Of a DNA stretch of 64,000 bases, positions 22,891 to 36,130 are shown in pieces. Position numbers and translations under genes: made by a program. The stretch comes from Camelus dromedarius. Taxonomy: Eukaryota. The stretch spans positions 76,510,001 to 76,574,000 of the forward strand of contig NC_087436.1 of NCBI RefSeq assembly GCF_036321535.1, given 5' to 3'. The notes beneath the pieces were generated by a model, which saw nothing but the letters and a program-made list of their open reading frames with translations, was not told the origin of the DNA and did not search any database. Each line of letters begins with the position of its first letter. Within the stretch, counting starts at the first letter, position 1.

Positions 22891-24339
22891 CCACCGCATC
22901 CTCCAGGAGCTAGAGCTTTCATGTTCATGGTTTGATTTGGGTGTTCCAGATTATTTCCATTTCCTCAGATATTTCCCACATCAGCCAGACACAAATCTGA
23001 ATTCCTCAGTGTTTAGTAATATCTTTGAGATAAGGACATTTTTCAGAAGCCCGTGGAAAGGTAATCACTAATGAATGGGTTAATTTCCATGGAGAAATGA
23101 GGAAGGGAAATAGTGGTACTTTATATTTCTAGGAAAATTAGAGCAAGGGGACAAGCTGGGGGCTGGGAATTGGAAGAACTGGGAGAAGGGTAATCTCTAA
23201 CAGGATAGGAACGTTTTGCTTAGAATTGTGTCTAGTACATAACAGGTACTCAATAAATAGACTTTGAATGACTGAATGAGTAAATTGGAAACAAGGGAAT
23301 TCCAAAGAAAAAAATTTGTCCTACTTTGCCATTTTGCCCAAAAGTTATTTGAGTTCCAGCCAATATGTGTCAGAAGTATTTGGGAGAGTACTGTGGGTGC
23401 AGCTGATTTAGCTACGTTGGGTCGCTGCTGCTTAAGCAGTATGGATTTCTGTAGGGAACATTTAGACATATTTTTCCATGATGTCTATTAATCCTAATGT
23501 AAATCTTTTTGATGCTGCATAATGAATGCTAATCATGGATAAAAGAGAGATGATGACTGTTCAAGTGCACTATAATTTGATTTGGCATATCCCAAATATT
23601 TTTGTCCCCTGATAAAGCTCTCACAATAAATGTCTAAGTGTTCCTGCCAGAAGATATCAACATGACAAATATAGCCAAACTATCCAGTGTAGGTCAGGAA
23701 TGACTTCCAAATGTGGAACAATTCCCAAGTGTCTCTAGATAATACAACACCAAAGACAAGGTGTTCTTTGGTGATTGGTATTCTTAGATCCAGTTGTTGA
23801 CGGCAGTAGAAAATGTCACCATGCAAACCAAACCTCAGAATTCCCAGCAGTCTTAATGGATGGAACCCAGCTTGCAAGTCTGTCCAGAATCAAGTGGGAA
23901 TTAATTCTTTGTAGACACCATGTGTCAACCTAATTGGGATCCCTTCCCCCCTGAGTTATTGGCAGAGGAAAATATAGTGTCAGTTGCATTGTTTTCTCAC
24001 CTGAACCATCGTTAGTTCATACTAGTGTCAATGTGAACAGCAGAAACAGAGAAGGATTAAAGTAAGTTTAAAACTTCAGAATGTTTGAGCTCCTTTGTTT
24101 AAACTCTTTGCTCATGTGATATGTTTTTAGTTATGAGAGAAAATAGAAATGTCCTGTTTCTGAAATTCTTTTGGTGTATCACCAAGTGCTTTATCTTTCC
24201 CTGCCACACTGCAGATCAACATCTGTGTGCCCATCCTTACTGTAGTCCTCTATTTAATGTAGGTGCTGCATGTAATCCTACAGGTAAGGCTATACATATT
24301 TTCCCATTCCTTTTACAGAGGTCATGGATAAAGATAGAG

Positions 24340-25385
24340 TACTTCTTATGAATTATTTACCTTGATTGATGGGGCCACAATCTACCCAATAATCTAAACT
24401 AGAAATTTAGGATTCATTCTTCACTTTTTCCTTCCCTCTCTTCCCCCAACTCTACCCTAAGTTATTTCCAGTAATCATGTTCTGTCGATTGTGCTTTCTA
24501 AATATTCGTAGAATTATTCCCTGTCTATACTTAACTACCACTTTCTATCTTTTGACTCCCTCTGGAGTCTCTCAGATTACTTCAAGAATGCCCTAACTTA
24601 CTTCCTTGCATCTAATCTTGCCCCCATCAAATCCATCCTCCACATAACAGAAAGTTTTAAAATCTTACTTAAAATTCTCAAATAGTCCACCATAAATTGG
24701 TCTACAAGAAGGAAGAACTTAACTGTCTTGTTCAATGTTGCATCCCCAGTGCCCAGAACATTACCTGACACAAAGTGAGCACCAACAATTATATGTTGAA
24801 GGAATGAATGTATAGTTCTGAACCAGAAGAGCATGACAGGCTTACTGGGGTCTATTCCTCATACTGCACACACCAGCTCTCCACTGGTGTCTCTGCCAAG
24901 TTCCTGACCTAGAGGACAGAGTATGTTTTTTAGCATCGTGTGCCAGGGACTTCCTGAGCTGACCTCTGCCTACCATCTCAGCACCAGCTCCTGCAACACC
25001 TTTTAATTCTGTACATTCAAGTAATGATAAATTACTTACAGCACTGACACGCTGCCCCAGTTTCATGCCCTGTTCATCTGAAATATATTTTACCTCTTCT
25101 TTGTCCCTACCAGGAATTTTTCTCTGGTTAGTCCCCTTTTCTCCCCTGCAGCCACACCAACACACATTCCTCAGACTAAGGAAGATACTCAGCATATCCT
25201 GTGCCTTTAACTGTTGTTGTCTTTATTACCTTGCTCTGTAACCATCTGTTCAAGCATCATTCATCCTCCCTAGAGTATCATGTTTTGGGATTAGAGACCA
25301 TGATTTTCTCACCTTTGTATCCTTAATCCAAAGCACAGGGCTTGCTACACACAATGAAAGCTTGTTGAATGAATAAATGATGCTC
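24340..25385 (+). mobile_element. Two tandem L2 3' segments (ending near 24810 and 25385)
   Basis: tgcatccccagtgcccagaaca...tgttgaaggaatgaat and ttgttgaatgaataaatga termini. Confidence 0.75.
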
Positions 25386-27794
25386 AAGTTAGAGAGAAAA
25401 ATAGTTGAAGTATGGATTATGCTGTATCTGTGCTTCCATTGTGTTGTGTTTTTAACATTAAGATACTCTCTTGATTAAGCCTTTTGTTTCTCTGAGCAGT
25501 GAGCAGTGATAAAAAGTATATTAAAATTTCAGCAGTCGGATCACATTTCAACATTGTATTTTTGCCTTTTCTCAGAACAAACCCAGACTTCTCTAACACT
25601 TTTTTTGCTGGCATCTGTATTCAAGATGTTAGCTTTCACCCATAGCAATCGAGTATTACCAATCATAATAGAAATGTTAAGGAGATCATTGCTTAAATTT
25701 GTGACTTTATCTTTCTTTGCTAAGACTGTTTGCTAGTGTTCTATCTTTAGTGAACAGAGTTCACACAAGCTCTGTCTGACCAAGTCTCTTAACACCATAT
25801 TTCAGATGGAATGTGAAGACTTTTGTGCAGAGCTGCTTTTTATGTGGCTGCGAAGTCTGTCCTTTAATTAGCATTCCTATCTGTTGTTTGCAAAGCATGC
25901 TGTTTAATCCAATTTGTATATTGAAAAAAAGAGAAAACACAGGAGTATTTCTTGCACAAAGAGACAGTGACAAAAAAACATGTTTGGATTTCTTTAATCA
26001 AAAGGATATGAACCACTTAGGCTTGGACGTTCATTATATCTGCAGAAATTCTGATGGACATGAGACCCAAGGGCAGTGGGCTGGGGAGCCATGCACTGGG
26101 GCTGAGGCTGAAAACCCAGCTGGACACAGGGTGTCTCTCTGAGAAGCATGGTTGCTAGTTTTGTTAGAGGTAGTTGATGGTCAATAGGGACTGGCTTTGT
26201 CACTTCTACTCTTTTGAACTGAGCCTGATGGGTCTCTTGTTAACCGTGGAGATGCTACCTCTACGCCCACAGCACTGTTCAATTCATTATGCCCTTTAGA
26301 CAAGTGATTGAGTCCGCTGGTAATACCTTTAATGGATGCCGTGTTGCTAACCCAAGAAAGCTGGGGATGGAAGAGACAGGTACTTATTTTTAATGGGGTC
26401 ACCCTGTATCAGGTGAAACTCTTTGCTTATGGGTCAAATGCAAGTGTCACACTGAGTGGATGTTTCAATAAGACGAGCCGGGCGTAGCGCTTGTTCATGC
26501 TACGGTTCCTTAGCCACCTGTCTTTGAAAGTATGTGCTGCTAACAGGCTTGCAAGTCATCCTTGTTGACAACTGGTGGCATGGAATAGCAAGACTCAAAG
26601 ACAGAACTTGGCCTTTTTTTTTTTTTTTTCAATTTACGTATAATAATTTTGTCTTTTTGATATTTCAGACACTGATAATTCTAGTAATTTGAGCTTCTCT
26701 TTGTCTGCTGTGGGGCAGGTTTTGGTAAAGCATTAGATTTTTTTTCTTGCCTTTTTGAATAGGATTGACCTCAATTGCTGTAGTAAAGAATCTTTGTATC
26801 GCGGAATTTATATCTTTGGAATCACCTTCCCTTTCTTCATACTTCTCACCTTCAGTACTTTCAAAAATACTATTAGTAAATTAAATCAAGAAAGCCAACA
26901 TTGTTATTCTACCCCTAGGAGTTTGGCTATACAACTAAAATATGTTTATACAACTAAAGTTAACTCATAAATACAAAACAATAGGTTTATTCAGTTCAGG
27001 CTGGGACATTAAAAATGTATTAAGTAACTACCATATTCCAGGCTTTTGTCTAATTATTGGGGGTATAAAATATATTAGACAAACTACTATAAGAATCTTA
27101 TAATCTAGTTGGTGAGTAAAGTCACCTGAAAAGAGTGTTTGACTCCAATGTGGCAAATTCAGTGTGAACTCTGCCATGCAGGGAGAGAAGGGGCCTTTGG
27201 GGCAAATTGTCGGAGGGAAGGTTGGGCAGAGGAATCAAAGAGAGATTCCAAGAAGGATAACTTCAAAGCTTTATTTGGAACAACGTGTAGGGACTTTGCA
27301 GGTTGGAAGTGTGTTCAGTGAGTGTGGCGGTGTTTGCTATATGTATGTGTACGCATGTGGATGTGGGAGGAGCAAACAAGAGGGGGAGGCAAAAAGCTTG
27401 AGTCAGAGAAGGAGCATATATAGAAAGGTTAGACTTTTATTAAATATAGCAATTAAACAGATGGGTGTCATATAGAGAAAATATATTATTGGTTGACTTT
27501 TTTTTTTCAATCAGTTGGTTTGCAACCAGTAACAAATAACTCTTAATTCTGCAAAAGCAAATGCATTGTTAATTTATGAGGAAGACCAAATGACACATGA
27601 CTCTGCTAAGCAAGCATCATATTATACAATCTTTTACTTTATAAATAGAAATAATTTAATCATTATTTAAAGAAATATTTCAACCACATCACAGAAAAAT
27701 TTGGAAAGTGAAGGGGAAAAAAAAGAAATTCACCACCATATCACAATGACTACTGTCATTTATTTTGGGATCTTTCCATTTCTTCAAATTTCTT

Positions 27795-28815
27795 TTTTTT
27801 TTTTTTTTTTTTAGTGTACATACAATAAAGTTCACTGTCTTTTTCGGTAAAGCTCTGAATTTGGATGAATGCACAGGGCCACATAATCATCACCACAATC
27901 AGGATACAGAACAGTTCCATCACCCTAAAAATAAAATATCTTTTTGCTTCCTTTTTGGAGTCAAAAGACCCTCCTCTTACTCTTATGCCTAGAAACTACT
28001 GATCCAGTCCTATAGTTTTTCCTTTTCCAGAAGGTCATATAAATAGAGTTATACAGGTTGTAGCAAAATATGCTTAGCTTCCTTCACCTAGCATAATGCA
28101 TTTGAGATTCATCCGTGTGGTTGCATGGAGCAGTAATTCTTTTTTTTTTTTTTTTTTTTTTTTTTTGTATCTCTTGAGTATTCCATTGTATGGCTGTTCC
28201 ACAATTTACCAGTCACCAGTTTAAGTACATTTGCATTGTTTCCCATTTTTAAAGATTATAAATAAAGTTGCTAGAAACATGCATGTATGTTATTTTTTGT
28301 GTGTGACTATAAGTTTTCATTCCTATAAGTAGGATTGTTGGGCCATGTGGTAGATGTATGTTTAAATTTATAAGAAACTGCAAAACTGTTTTTAAAGGAA
28401 CATTAACATTTTGCATCTCCACTAGAAGTGCATGAGAATTCTAACTTGAATCCTCATCAGCGCTTGATATTGTCAATTTTTTAAGCTATTCTAATATATT
28501 TGTAGTTGTAATTCATACAGGTTTTAATTTACACTTCCTTAAAGACTAATGCTGTTAAACATTTTTTCTTATGTGTATTGCCATCCAGGTATCCTCTTTG
28601 GTCAAATATTTATTCAAATCTTTTGCCTATTTTAAATTATGTTTGTTTTCTTTCTAAGCTGAGTTTTGAGTTCTTTTCATATTTGTGATATAGTCCTTTG
28701 TTATATGTGACTTGGAAATACTTTTTCTTTCCTATCTTTTCATGCCCTTGATAGTGTCTTGTGCAAAGCAAAAATTTTAATTTTTCTGATGGAATTCTAT
28801 GTATCATTTTTTTCT
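27795..28815 (-). mobile_element. L1 3' end (L1MC/MD-like), embedded in older L1ME-like fragments
   Basis: Poly-T head, caccacaatcaggatacagaacagttccatcacc, tttgagattcatccgtgtggttgcatg; antisense of the ORF2 C-terminus. Confidence 0.85.
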
Positions 28816-30999
28816 TATATAGATAATGCCTAAGGTGTAATTTTTTCATTTCAAATACCTTTGTAAATACCTGTAGCCTTAGAATGAGTGCAATTTTTAA
28901 TTCTCTATTTTCATTAAATATTATATCAAGAGCACCTTTTGGTGTTTTATATAGTTTCTACAATCATTATTAAAAATAACATATTTTTCCATAGAGGATG
29001 GTAATAAATTCACTCATTCAGCATAAGTTAATTGAATGCCTATGATATATAAAGCATCATAGTAACAAGCAAAACAATAACAGTCCTTGCTTTCACATTA
29101 AGGTTACATTCTAGTATAACGTTCTCCAAAGTTACTTGATTTATTTCTTAAAAATGTGGATTATCTAGTTCTTTCTCTTAAAACTGTTAATAGATACAAG
29201 GTGCAGCCAAAGAATTTTTGTTTTACGAGTGCCTATGTCAAATTTTTAACAATTAATCACATGAATATTTACAAAATATTACATCCTGTTTCATAATTAT
29301 TTTAACCTTATTGAATATTTACATTGCTTTTTGTGTTTCTATGATAAACAAATATGTTAACAATATACTTTCATTATTTTTAGCAAAGTCCACCAACATA
29401 GGATAACAGTAAAGATAAATATTAATGGCTGATAGATCTACATGTATATGTACCTTGTGAAAACAAATTACGTTCTGTTCAGATAAACCCTTTGGTAGCT
29501 GATAACACAATGTCCAGATTGCTTGAAAAGCGGGTATTAGTATCTCGTCTTTATGTGGACTGAACTTGAGTCCATATTTATAGGAATAAAATTACTATTT
29601 CTTTTTAGGACTAATTCTGATGAGTGGTATGAATGAAATTTATATAGTTTGCCTGAGAATGCCATCATGTAATCTCAGAAAGCTGCAGCTATGTGGGAAG
29701 AGGAACAAAATGCTGTGAAGTATCTATGGAGTAGGAAAATATGGAATTTCTCAGCCAAGCAACTGATGTTCTTTTCAGCAAAAGTGGTAGCCCAGCTCTA
29801 CTGTATTTCGTTTTTCAAGCTTGTAGCTCTGCATTCACTCTCAGAGGTGGGAGAACAGAATACCCAGGAAAGTCGACAAAATGCACATGATTATTGTGAT
29901 TGTGTCCGAATATGAGTTGAAATGACACATTAAGACAAACCCATTCCTTTCGCTGACCTTAGCACTGCCTCAGGCTTTGTCAAGACAATGCATTTACCTG
30001 ACTATCTGCTTCGTGAAACTCCAAACTCCTTAATTGCTTTAAAGAATGTAACTATGGAGAATAAGGAAATTTTTATTTAAGTAGAAGTTTGTTGGTCTCT
30101 TACTTCACACAGATATGCACAATGTATCTTTCTAGAAAAAAATTCTAGAACTTTCAGACTGGTGGAATACAGTATTTAAATAATGGTGAGTAAAGTTCAA
30201 ATATCTTCTGTTCATTATAAACTGTGAAAAGGTGTAAAATTGAGAAGGGGCAGGTCTACAGAAAGAACATGTTTATTATGAAAAATGTATATTCATTACC
30301 TAGTTTTCAGATCATAATTACTACATCCTACATGGTATAACTTTTTTAAATAATTATTTTCACCAAGCTCTAAAAAAATCTCTTAAGTTCAACATTTTGG
30401 AAAGCACAAAAATATTTCAAGGTCTACATCTGAGAATTTTAGCCCTGAGAATTTTGTACCCATTTTTTCAGGATTGAAGATTCAGCCCATTTATTTAACA
30501 AATTCCTACTAGTTCTTAAGAATATGAAAGATACTCAGCTCACCAGGAGGAAAAGGAGAAAGGAACTAACCTTTACTATACTCTGGCTACTGGCAACTTT
30601 GCATGGTTCCTCTCATTTGACCTTTACCATAATCTTTTAAAGTGGCATAAACATTTTAGGGATGATGGAAACTAAGTCAGAGAAACCCCAAAGTGAACCT
30701 TTTAACCTTGACCTCTTGCACCTCCCAAGCTACTAGAAAAAGTGATCCTTTTTTAATGAAGTGTGATTAGCTGACCTCACAGGTATATTATTAATTGATG
30801 TCAGAAATAAAATGATAAGAACATGTCACATCATTACAGGGCTCCTTGTCAACTTCTGAAGACACTCAAGTAATGCACGTAATACTTAATATGTTTGCAA
30901 GATGAATGGGTCTAAATGGTTGCCTATAACAGCTTTAGAAAAGTAACACAATCTCCTTACTAAAGCATTTATCTGCAAATGAATCAATTAATTTCTGTC

Positions 31000-31210
31000 T
31001 CTCGTTGAACACTTATCAAGCAAATATTATGAAACTGTTGCTTTAATCCACAGTATCACTTTTTAAAATCCAACCAGGATTCTGTGATCCCCAATTTATA
31101 GATGAGGAGACTAAGGCTTAGGTTATGTTAAGGTGATTCCGGCCGTCAGTGGCAGAGCCAGGATTTCACTGAGGTCAGCTTAAATCAAAGTCCATGGCAT
31201 TGCCTTTGTA
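31000..31210 (-). mobile_element. MIR SINE
   Basis: atccccaatttatagatgaggagactaaggcttag...agtggcagagccaggattt. Confidence 0.8.
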
Positions 31211-31626
31211 CAAATTCTTATCTAGATGGTTAACAAACTGCTCAATCTACAATGCATGTTACACTTTCCACCTTAAATTTTTACATTTCCTCTCAATGGA
31301 CATCCTGGCAATTCCACCTGAAGCTTACTTTTTTTCTTTTCTTATACTTGGTTCATCATTCCTTCTCTCCAGGTTGGTATCTGAGAAAATCTCCCAGTTT
31401 TACTTTAATTGGCATTGGCAACATGTGGTCTCTGATAAAAAGCATATTTTCTTTCGAGATTGCAGTCATCAGTTGGGCTCATTTTTCTTGGCCCCTCCAT
31501 CAAGCTGAACTTATTTAGAAAAAGAAACAGCAGCTTGTGGGTTACTAAATGCCAGAGAGCTGAACTGAAAAAAAGAGAGAGAAAAAGTCACATAGGAAAA
31601 CAACTTAAAAATACATTTAGAAAGCT

Positions 31627-31652
31627 TGTGTGTGTGTGTGTGTGTGTGTGTG
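31627..31652. repeat. (TG)13 microsatellite
   Basis: Read directly from the sequence. Confidence 0.95.
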
Positions 31653-32729
31653 CACGCATAGACTAGCATCAGTCACTCCGTTCACATATTAATATATATG
31701 CAGGACTAGTCTGTGTATGCAGAACTCTTAAAGGGCATGATTTTTGCCCGTAGCCTATTTATTCCAAACACAGCTAAATGAGGAGGCCAAATATAGAAAG
31801 TGATGCTCCAGGGGCCCTACGGCCCATATAGAATTTAAACTCAAATGATTTGCAAAATCACTGCTAAGACAGCTTGCTCATACTGTCAGCGTGCCAGCAC
31901 CAGAAGCTTGTCGTGTATTTTTGTCTTGGCAGATGTACATTCTGTTATAAAGGTCTGTTCATCTGATGCCTTTCTTGTTTTCAGGTAATGCTCAGTGCCT
32001 TCCTGCGGGGGGGAGGAAAGTGGTGAACCTGTGTTGCTTCTCCCTGTCCTGCAGGAGAGGCAGTCTGCATGCTGACTCTGACCATGGGGCCAGTGTCCTG
32101 CTTTACCTCCATCCCGGGTTCATTTCTGCAGGTCACACGTGTTCTCATTTCTTTCTTTTCCTATGATTCCATTCGATGTCCAGTGTTTGCCAGGGCAGAG
32201 GGAAATAAACCAGTGTTAGATGATACCAACAATGATTACATCTCCTTAAAAGTCACCTTAGGTTTGAAGAGTTTTGAGGTTTCTATTTTTTTTTTCCCAA
32301 GATTAAAACATGGTTTCCCAAACTGATTAGCATAGTTTTTAAGGCACTCTGAAGTGTTTGTTAGGCTTGCATGCTGGTCTCCATATGCCTCTTTTCAATT
32401 ACATGTGCTGCCACAAGGATGGCTAAACGAAACGCTTCTTTAAAAACAGAAAGCAAACTGTTAGGCTTTGTGCAGTGTAACTAGTTAGAGCACGACATCT
32501 CAGACTGCCCTGATTGCATCACTAAACTGCTAAATGTTCTGTTTGCAGAAATAGCCATTAAAATGAATCTTAAATTGAGAAGCTCCATGGGAATTAAAGG
32601 GGAGGTAGGGGAATTGGAAAGGATTGAAAGAATTTGATAGGGAGTTTAGAGCGTAGTTATCCTGGAGGCTAGATAGATCTTTAGAGGGGATTTTTGTTAC
32701 TGATGGTAATAAAAGTAATCATCATCATA

Positions 32730-32960
32730 ATAATAGTTCTATCTAATGTTTATTGAACACTTCTTGTGTGTTAGGCTTGATTTTAAGATCTTCACATTAT
32801 GTCAATTTATTAATCCAGTTAATTAATCATCACACAAATCTATAAAGATTATAATCTTACATATTAGGAAACTGAGACAGAGAGATTTAGTAATTTTCCT
32901 AAGGGCAGACAGCTGATCAAGATCAGGTCGTGTGGTCCAGAGTTTACATCTTATTTTAAG
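32730..32960 (-). mobile_element. MIR SINE
   Basis: aatgtttattgaacac...aggaaactgagacagagag...agtaattttcctaagg. Confidence 0.75.
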
Positions 32961-33267
32961 GTACTTGGAGAAACAAATGCAAGGATTATATTAGGAAGCC
33001 TTTTGTTCATCTTTTCCTGTGCTGCTGTACCCTGGGTTATGTTACTAGATTGTAAATTCTCATGTGTCACCCACTAGAGTGCCTGTCATATAACCAGTTC
33101 TTAGGAAATGTTTGTGCAATGATTGAATAAATGAATGAATGATATCTTACTTTCTGGAAAGTGCCATAAGTAAACCAATTAGAGTGCAAAACAAGACATC
33201 AGTTGGACAAAACAAACAAACAAAAACCAACTTGTGAAATATCTATTCAGCTTCTCATTTACTTTCT

Positions 33268-35295
33268 TTTTCCAGCTTTATTGAGATATAATTGACATAC
33301 AACATTGTGTAAGCTTAGGGTGTATGGCGTGATGATTTGATACACATGTATATTTAGAGATACTTTGCTACAATAAGGTTAGTTAACACATCCTTCACCT
33401 TCCATAATGTTACTGTTTTCCTGCTGCTGCTGCTGCTGCTGCTGCTGTTAGGTGAGAACATTAAACCTCTACTCTCTTAGAAACGTTCAAGTATACAGTA
33501 TAGTATTGTTAACAATTGTCAGCATGCTGTACGTTAGATCCCTGGTACTTATGCATGTTATAACTCAAAGTTTGTACTCTTTAACCAATATCTCCCCATT
33601 TCTCCTACCCATCAGCCCCTGGCAACCATCATTCTTCTGTCTGCTTCTATGAGTTCAATGGTTTTAGATTCCACAGGTAAGTGAGATCATACAGTATTTG
33701 TCTTTCTCTGTCTGACTTATTTTACTTAGAATAATGCCCTCGGGGTTTGTTGATGTTGTTGCAAGTGGCAGGATTTCTTTCTTTCTCTTGTCTGAATAAT
33801 ATTCCACAGGGTATACTATACATGCCACATTTTCTTTGTGCATTCATCTGTCAGCAGGTACTCAAGTTGTTCTCGTGTCTTGGCTGTTATGAATAGTGCT
33901 GCAGTGAACATGGGAGTGCAGATATCTCTTTGAGATTGTGATTTCATCTCCTTCAAATGTAGACCTACAAGTGGGATTGCTGGATCATATGATAGTTCTA
34001 TTTTTAATTTCTTGAGGAATCTTCATATTATTTTTCATAGTAACTGCACCAGTTTACATTCCCACCAACAGTACACAAGGGTTCCCTTTTCTCCATATCC
34101 TCACCAGCATTTATGTTATCTCTTATTTTTTGGATAGTAGCCATTCTAACAGGTGTAAGGTAATAGCTTACTGTGGCTTTGATTTTCATTTCCCTGATAA
34201 TTAGTGTTGCTGAGCACTGTTTCATACACCTATTGGCCATTTGTATGTCATCTTCAGAAAAATGTTTATTCAAGTCCCCTGCTCATTTTAAAATTATATT
34301 ATTTGTTTTTGTTTGTTTGTTTTGCTATTGAGTTGTATGAGTTCCTTATATATATTGAATATTAACCCCTTATTCAATATCTGATTTGGAAATATTTTGT
34401 CCAATTCTGTAGGTTGCTTTTTCATTTCTGTTGATAGTTTCTTTTGCTGTTCAGAAGCATTTTAGATTGATGTAGTCCCACTTGATTTTTGCTTTTGTTG
34501 CTTGTACTTTTGGTGTCATATTAAAAAAAATCAAGAACAAAAATCAAGATTGCCTAGACCAATGTTATTTTCTCCTAGGAATCTTAAGATTTCAGCGCTA
34601 ATGTTTGTCTTTAGTTCATTTAGAGTGATTTTTTTTGTGAGTGGTGTAAGTTAGGAATCCAGTTTCATTCTTTTGCATGTACCTATCCAGTTTTCCCAAC
34701 ACGATTTATTGAAGAAACTGTTTTTTTTCTAATGACTATTCTTGGCTCCCTGGTCAAATATTAGTTGATCGAATATGTATAGGTTTATTTTCTGGGCTCG
34801 AAATTCTGTTCCATTGCTCTATGTGTCTGTTTTAATGCCAGTACCATGCTGTTTTGATTACTATAGCTTTGTAATATAGTTTGAAATGAGGACATGTGAT
34901 GCTTCCAGCTTTGTTCTTTTTCAAGATTGCTTTGGTTACTTGGGGTCTTTTTTGGTTCCAGATGGATTTTAGGATTGTTTTTTCTGTATCTGTGAAAAAT
35001 GCCCCTGGAATTTTGATAGGGATTGCATTGGATCTATAGATGATTTGGGGTAGTAGTGACATTTTAACAACATTAACTCTTCGAATTCATGAACGGGCTT
35101 TTTTCCATATATTTGTGTCTTCCTCAATTTCTTTTTGTCAATGTCTTGTAGTTTTTGGTGAATAGATCTTTCACTTCCTTGGTTAAATTTATTCCAAAGT
35201 ACTATTGCTTTTGATGTATTGTTAATAGGATTGCTTTCTCTACTTCTTTTTCAGATAGTTTATTATTGTATAAAAATACAATTTATTTCTTTTAT
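33268..35295 (-). mobile_element. 5'-truncated L1 (L1MA9-like): ORF2 3' part plus 3' UTR
   Basis: ORF-track peptides [18 protein letters not shown]...REMKIK and [12 protein letters not shown]...[11 protein letters not shown]...[15 protein letters not shown] are L1 ORF2; the 3' UTR is L1MA9-type. Confidence 0.95.
33421..33447. repeat. (CTG)9 trinucleotide repeat inside the L1 3' UTR
   Basis: Read directly from the sequence. Confidence 0.95.
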
Positions 35296-35829
35296 AAAAT
35301 ATTACTCTTTTATTAGATTAAGAGGCAGTACAACATGGTAGAAAACACATGCACATTAATTTGAGAACCAGCTCAAGTTCTAAGCTCCAAGGCAGTCACA
35401 AACTCACCATTTAATTTTATTTGGACATCATTTCCTCTGTTGGGTAAATAAGAATATTTATTTAAAGGCAACTCCTTCTAACTCTGATGTTCTGTAATAT
35501 TTTCAAACAATTGAAATTAGAAATCATCTTTTTTTTTTTTTTTGATGAAAATACTTCCTGAGTATCCATGGAATGGATCTAATGTATCTATTTACAAGCT
35601 TGGAAAATGTTACTTTCACCAGTGCTATTAAAGTTACATAATATCAGAGAAAGAAGGAAGGATATTTTATTTTTTGTAAATAAAGTGAAGAAAGTTGTTT
35701 AGAATACAGTGGAAGTTGTTGAGTTCAATGATGTTAGTACACAATAGAAGATCCACAAAAATACGTATGAAAAAATTATTAAATTTTCACATCACAATGG
35801 AGTCCTTTGGAATAACCATCAAATTCATT

Positions 35830-36130
35830 TGTCTTTCTTTTATACATTGGTTGTGTTTCTAAAAATTCTGTGTATATTTAAATAATTATAAAATGAGTAC
35901 TATTTTAAACATACCAGAGACATTGATTATTTAATGGAAATATAGAGAATATAGAGAAGAATGGTTTGATAAATGCGTTCTCAAACTTTACAGGTTCATT
36001 TAAGTGAATTTTTACTTAGCAAATAAAGTTGTGATCCAGAATAGTACAAAATCTACAGGTACCACATCTACAGAAACATGAGAGCAGCCCAAAGACAGTT
36101 TTACTCATTCCTGGAATAGATTTAAACAGT
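35830..36130. mobile_element. Possible old Tigger (Tigger15-like) fragment
   Basis: tatacattggttgtgtttctaaaaattc...tattttaaacatac...ttagcaaataaagttgtgatccagaa loosely resembles a recalled old Tigger MITE. Confidence 0.35.

Noticed and set aside
24842..25195. 117-aa minus-strand ORF
   Set aside because: Antisense L2-derived sequence with no recognisable protein
30130..30156. Perfect heat-shock element TTCtaGAActTTC plus an adjacent TTCtaGAA
   Set aside because: About one such match is expected by chance in 64 kb of AT-rich DNA, and the extra unit is out of register
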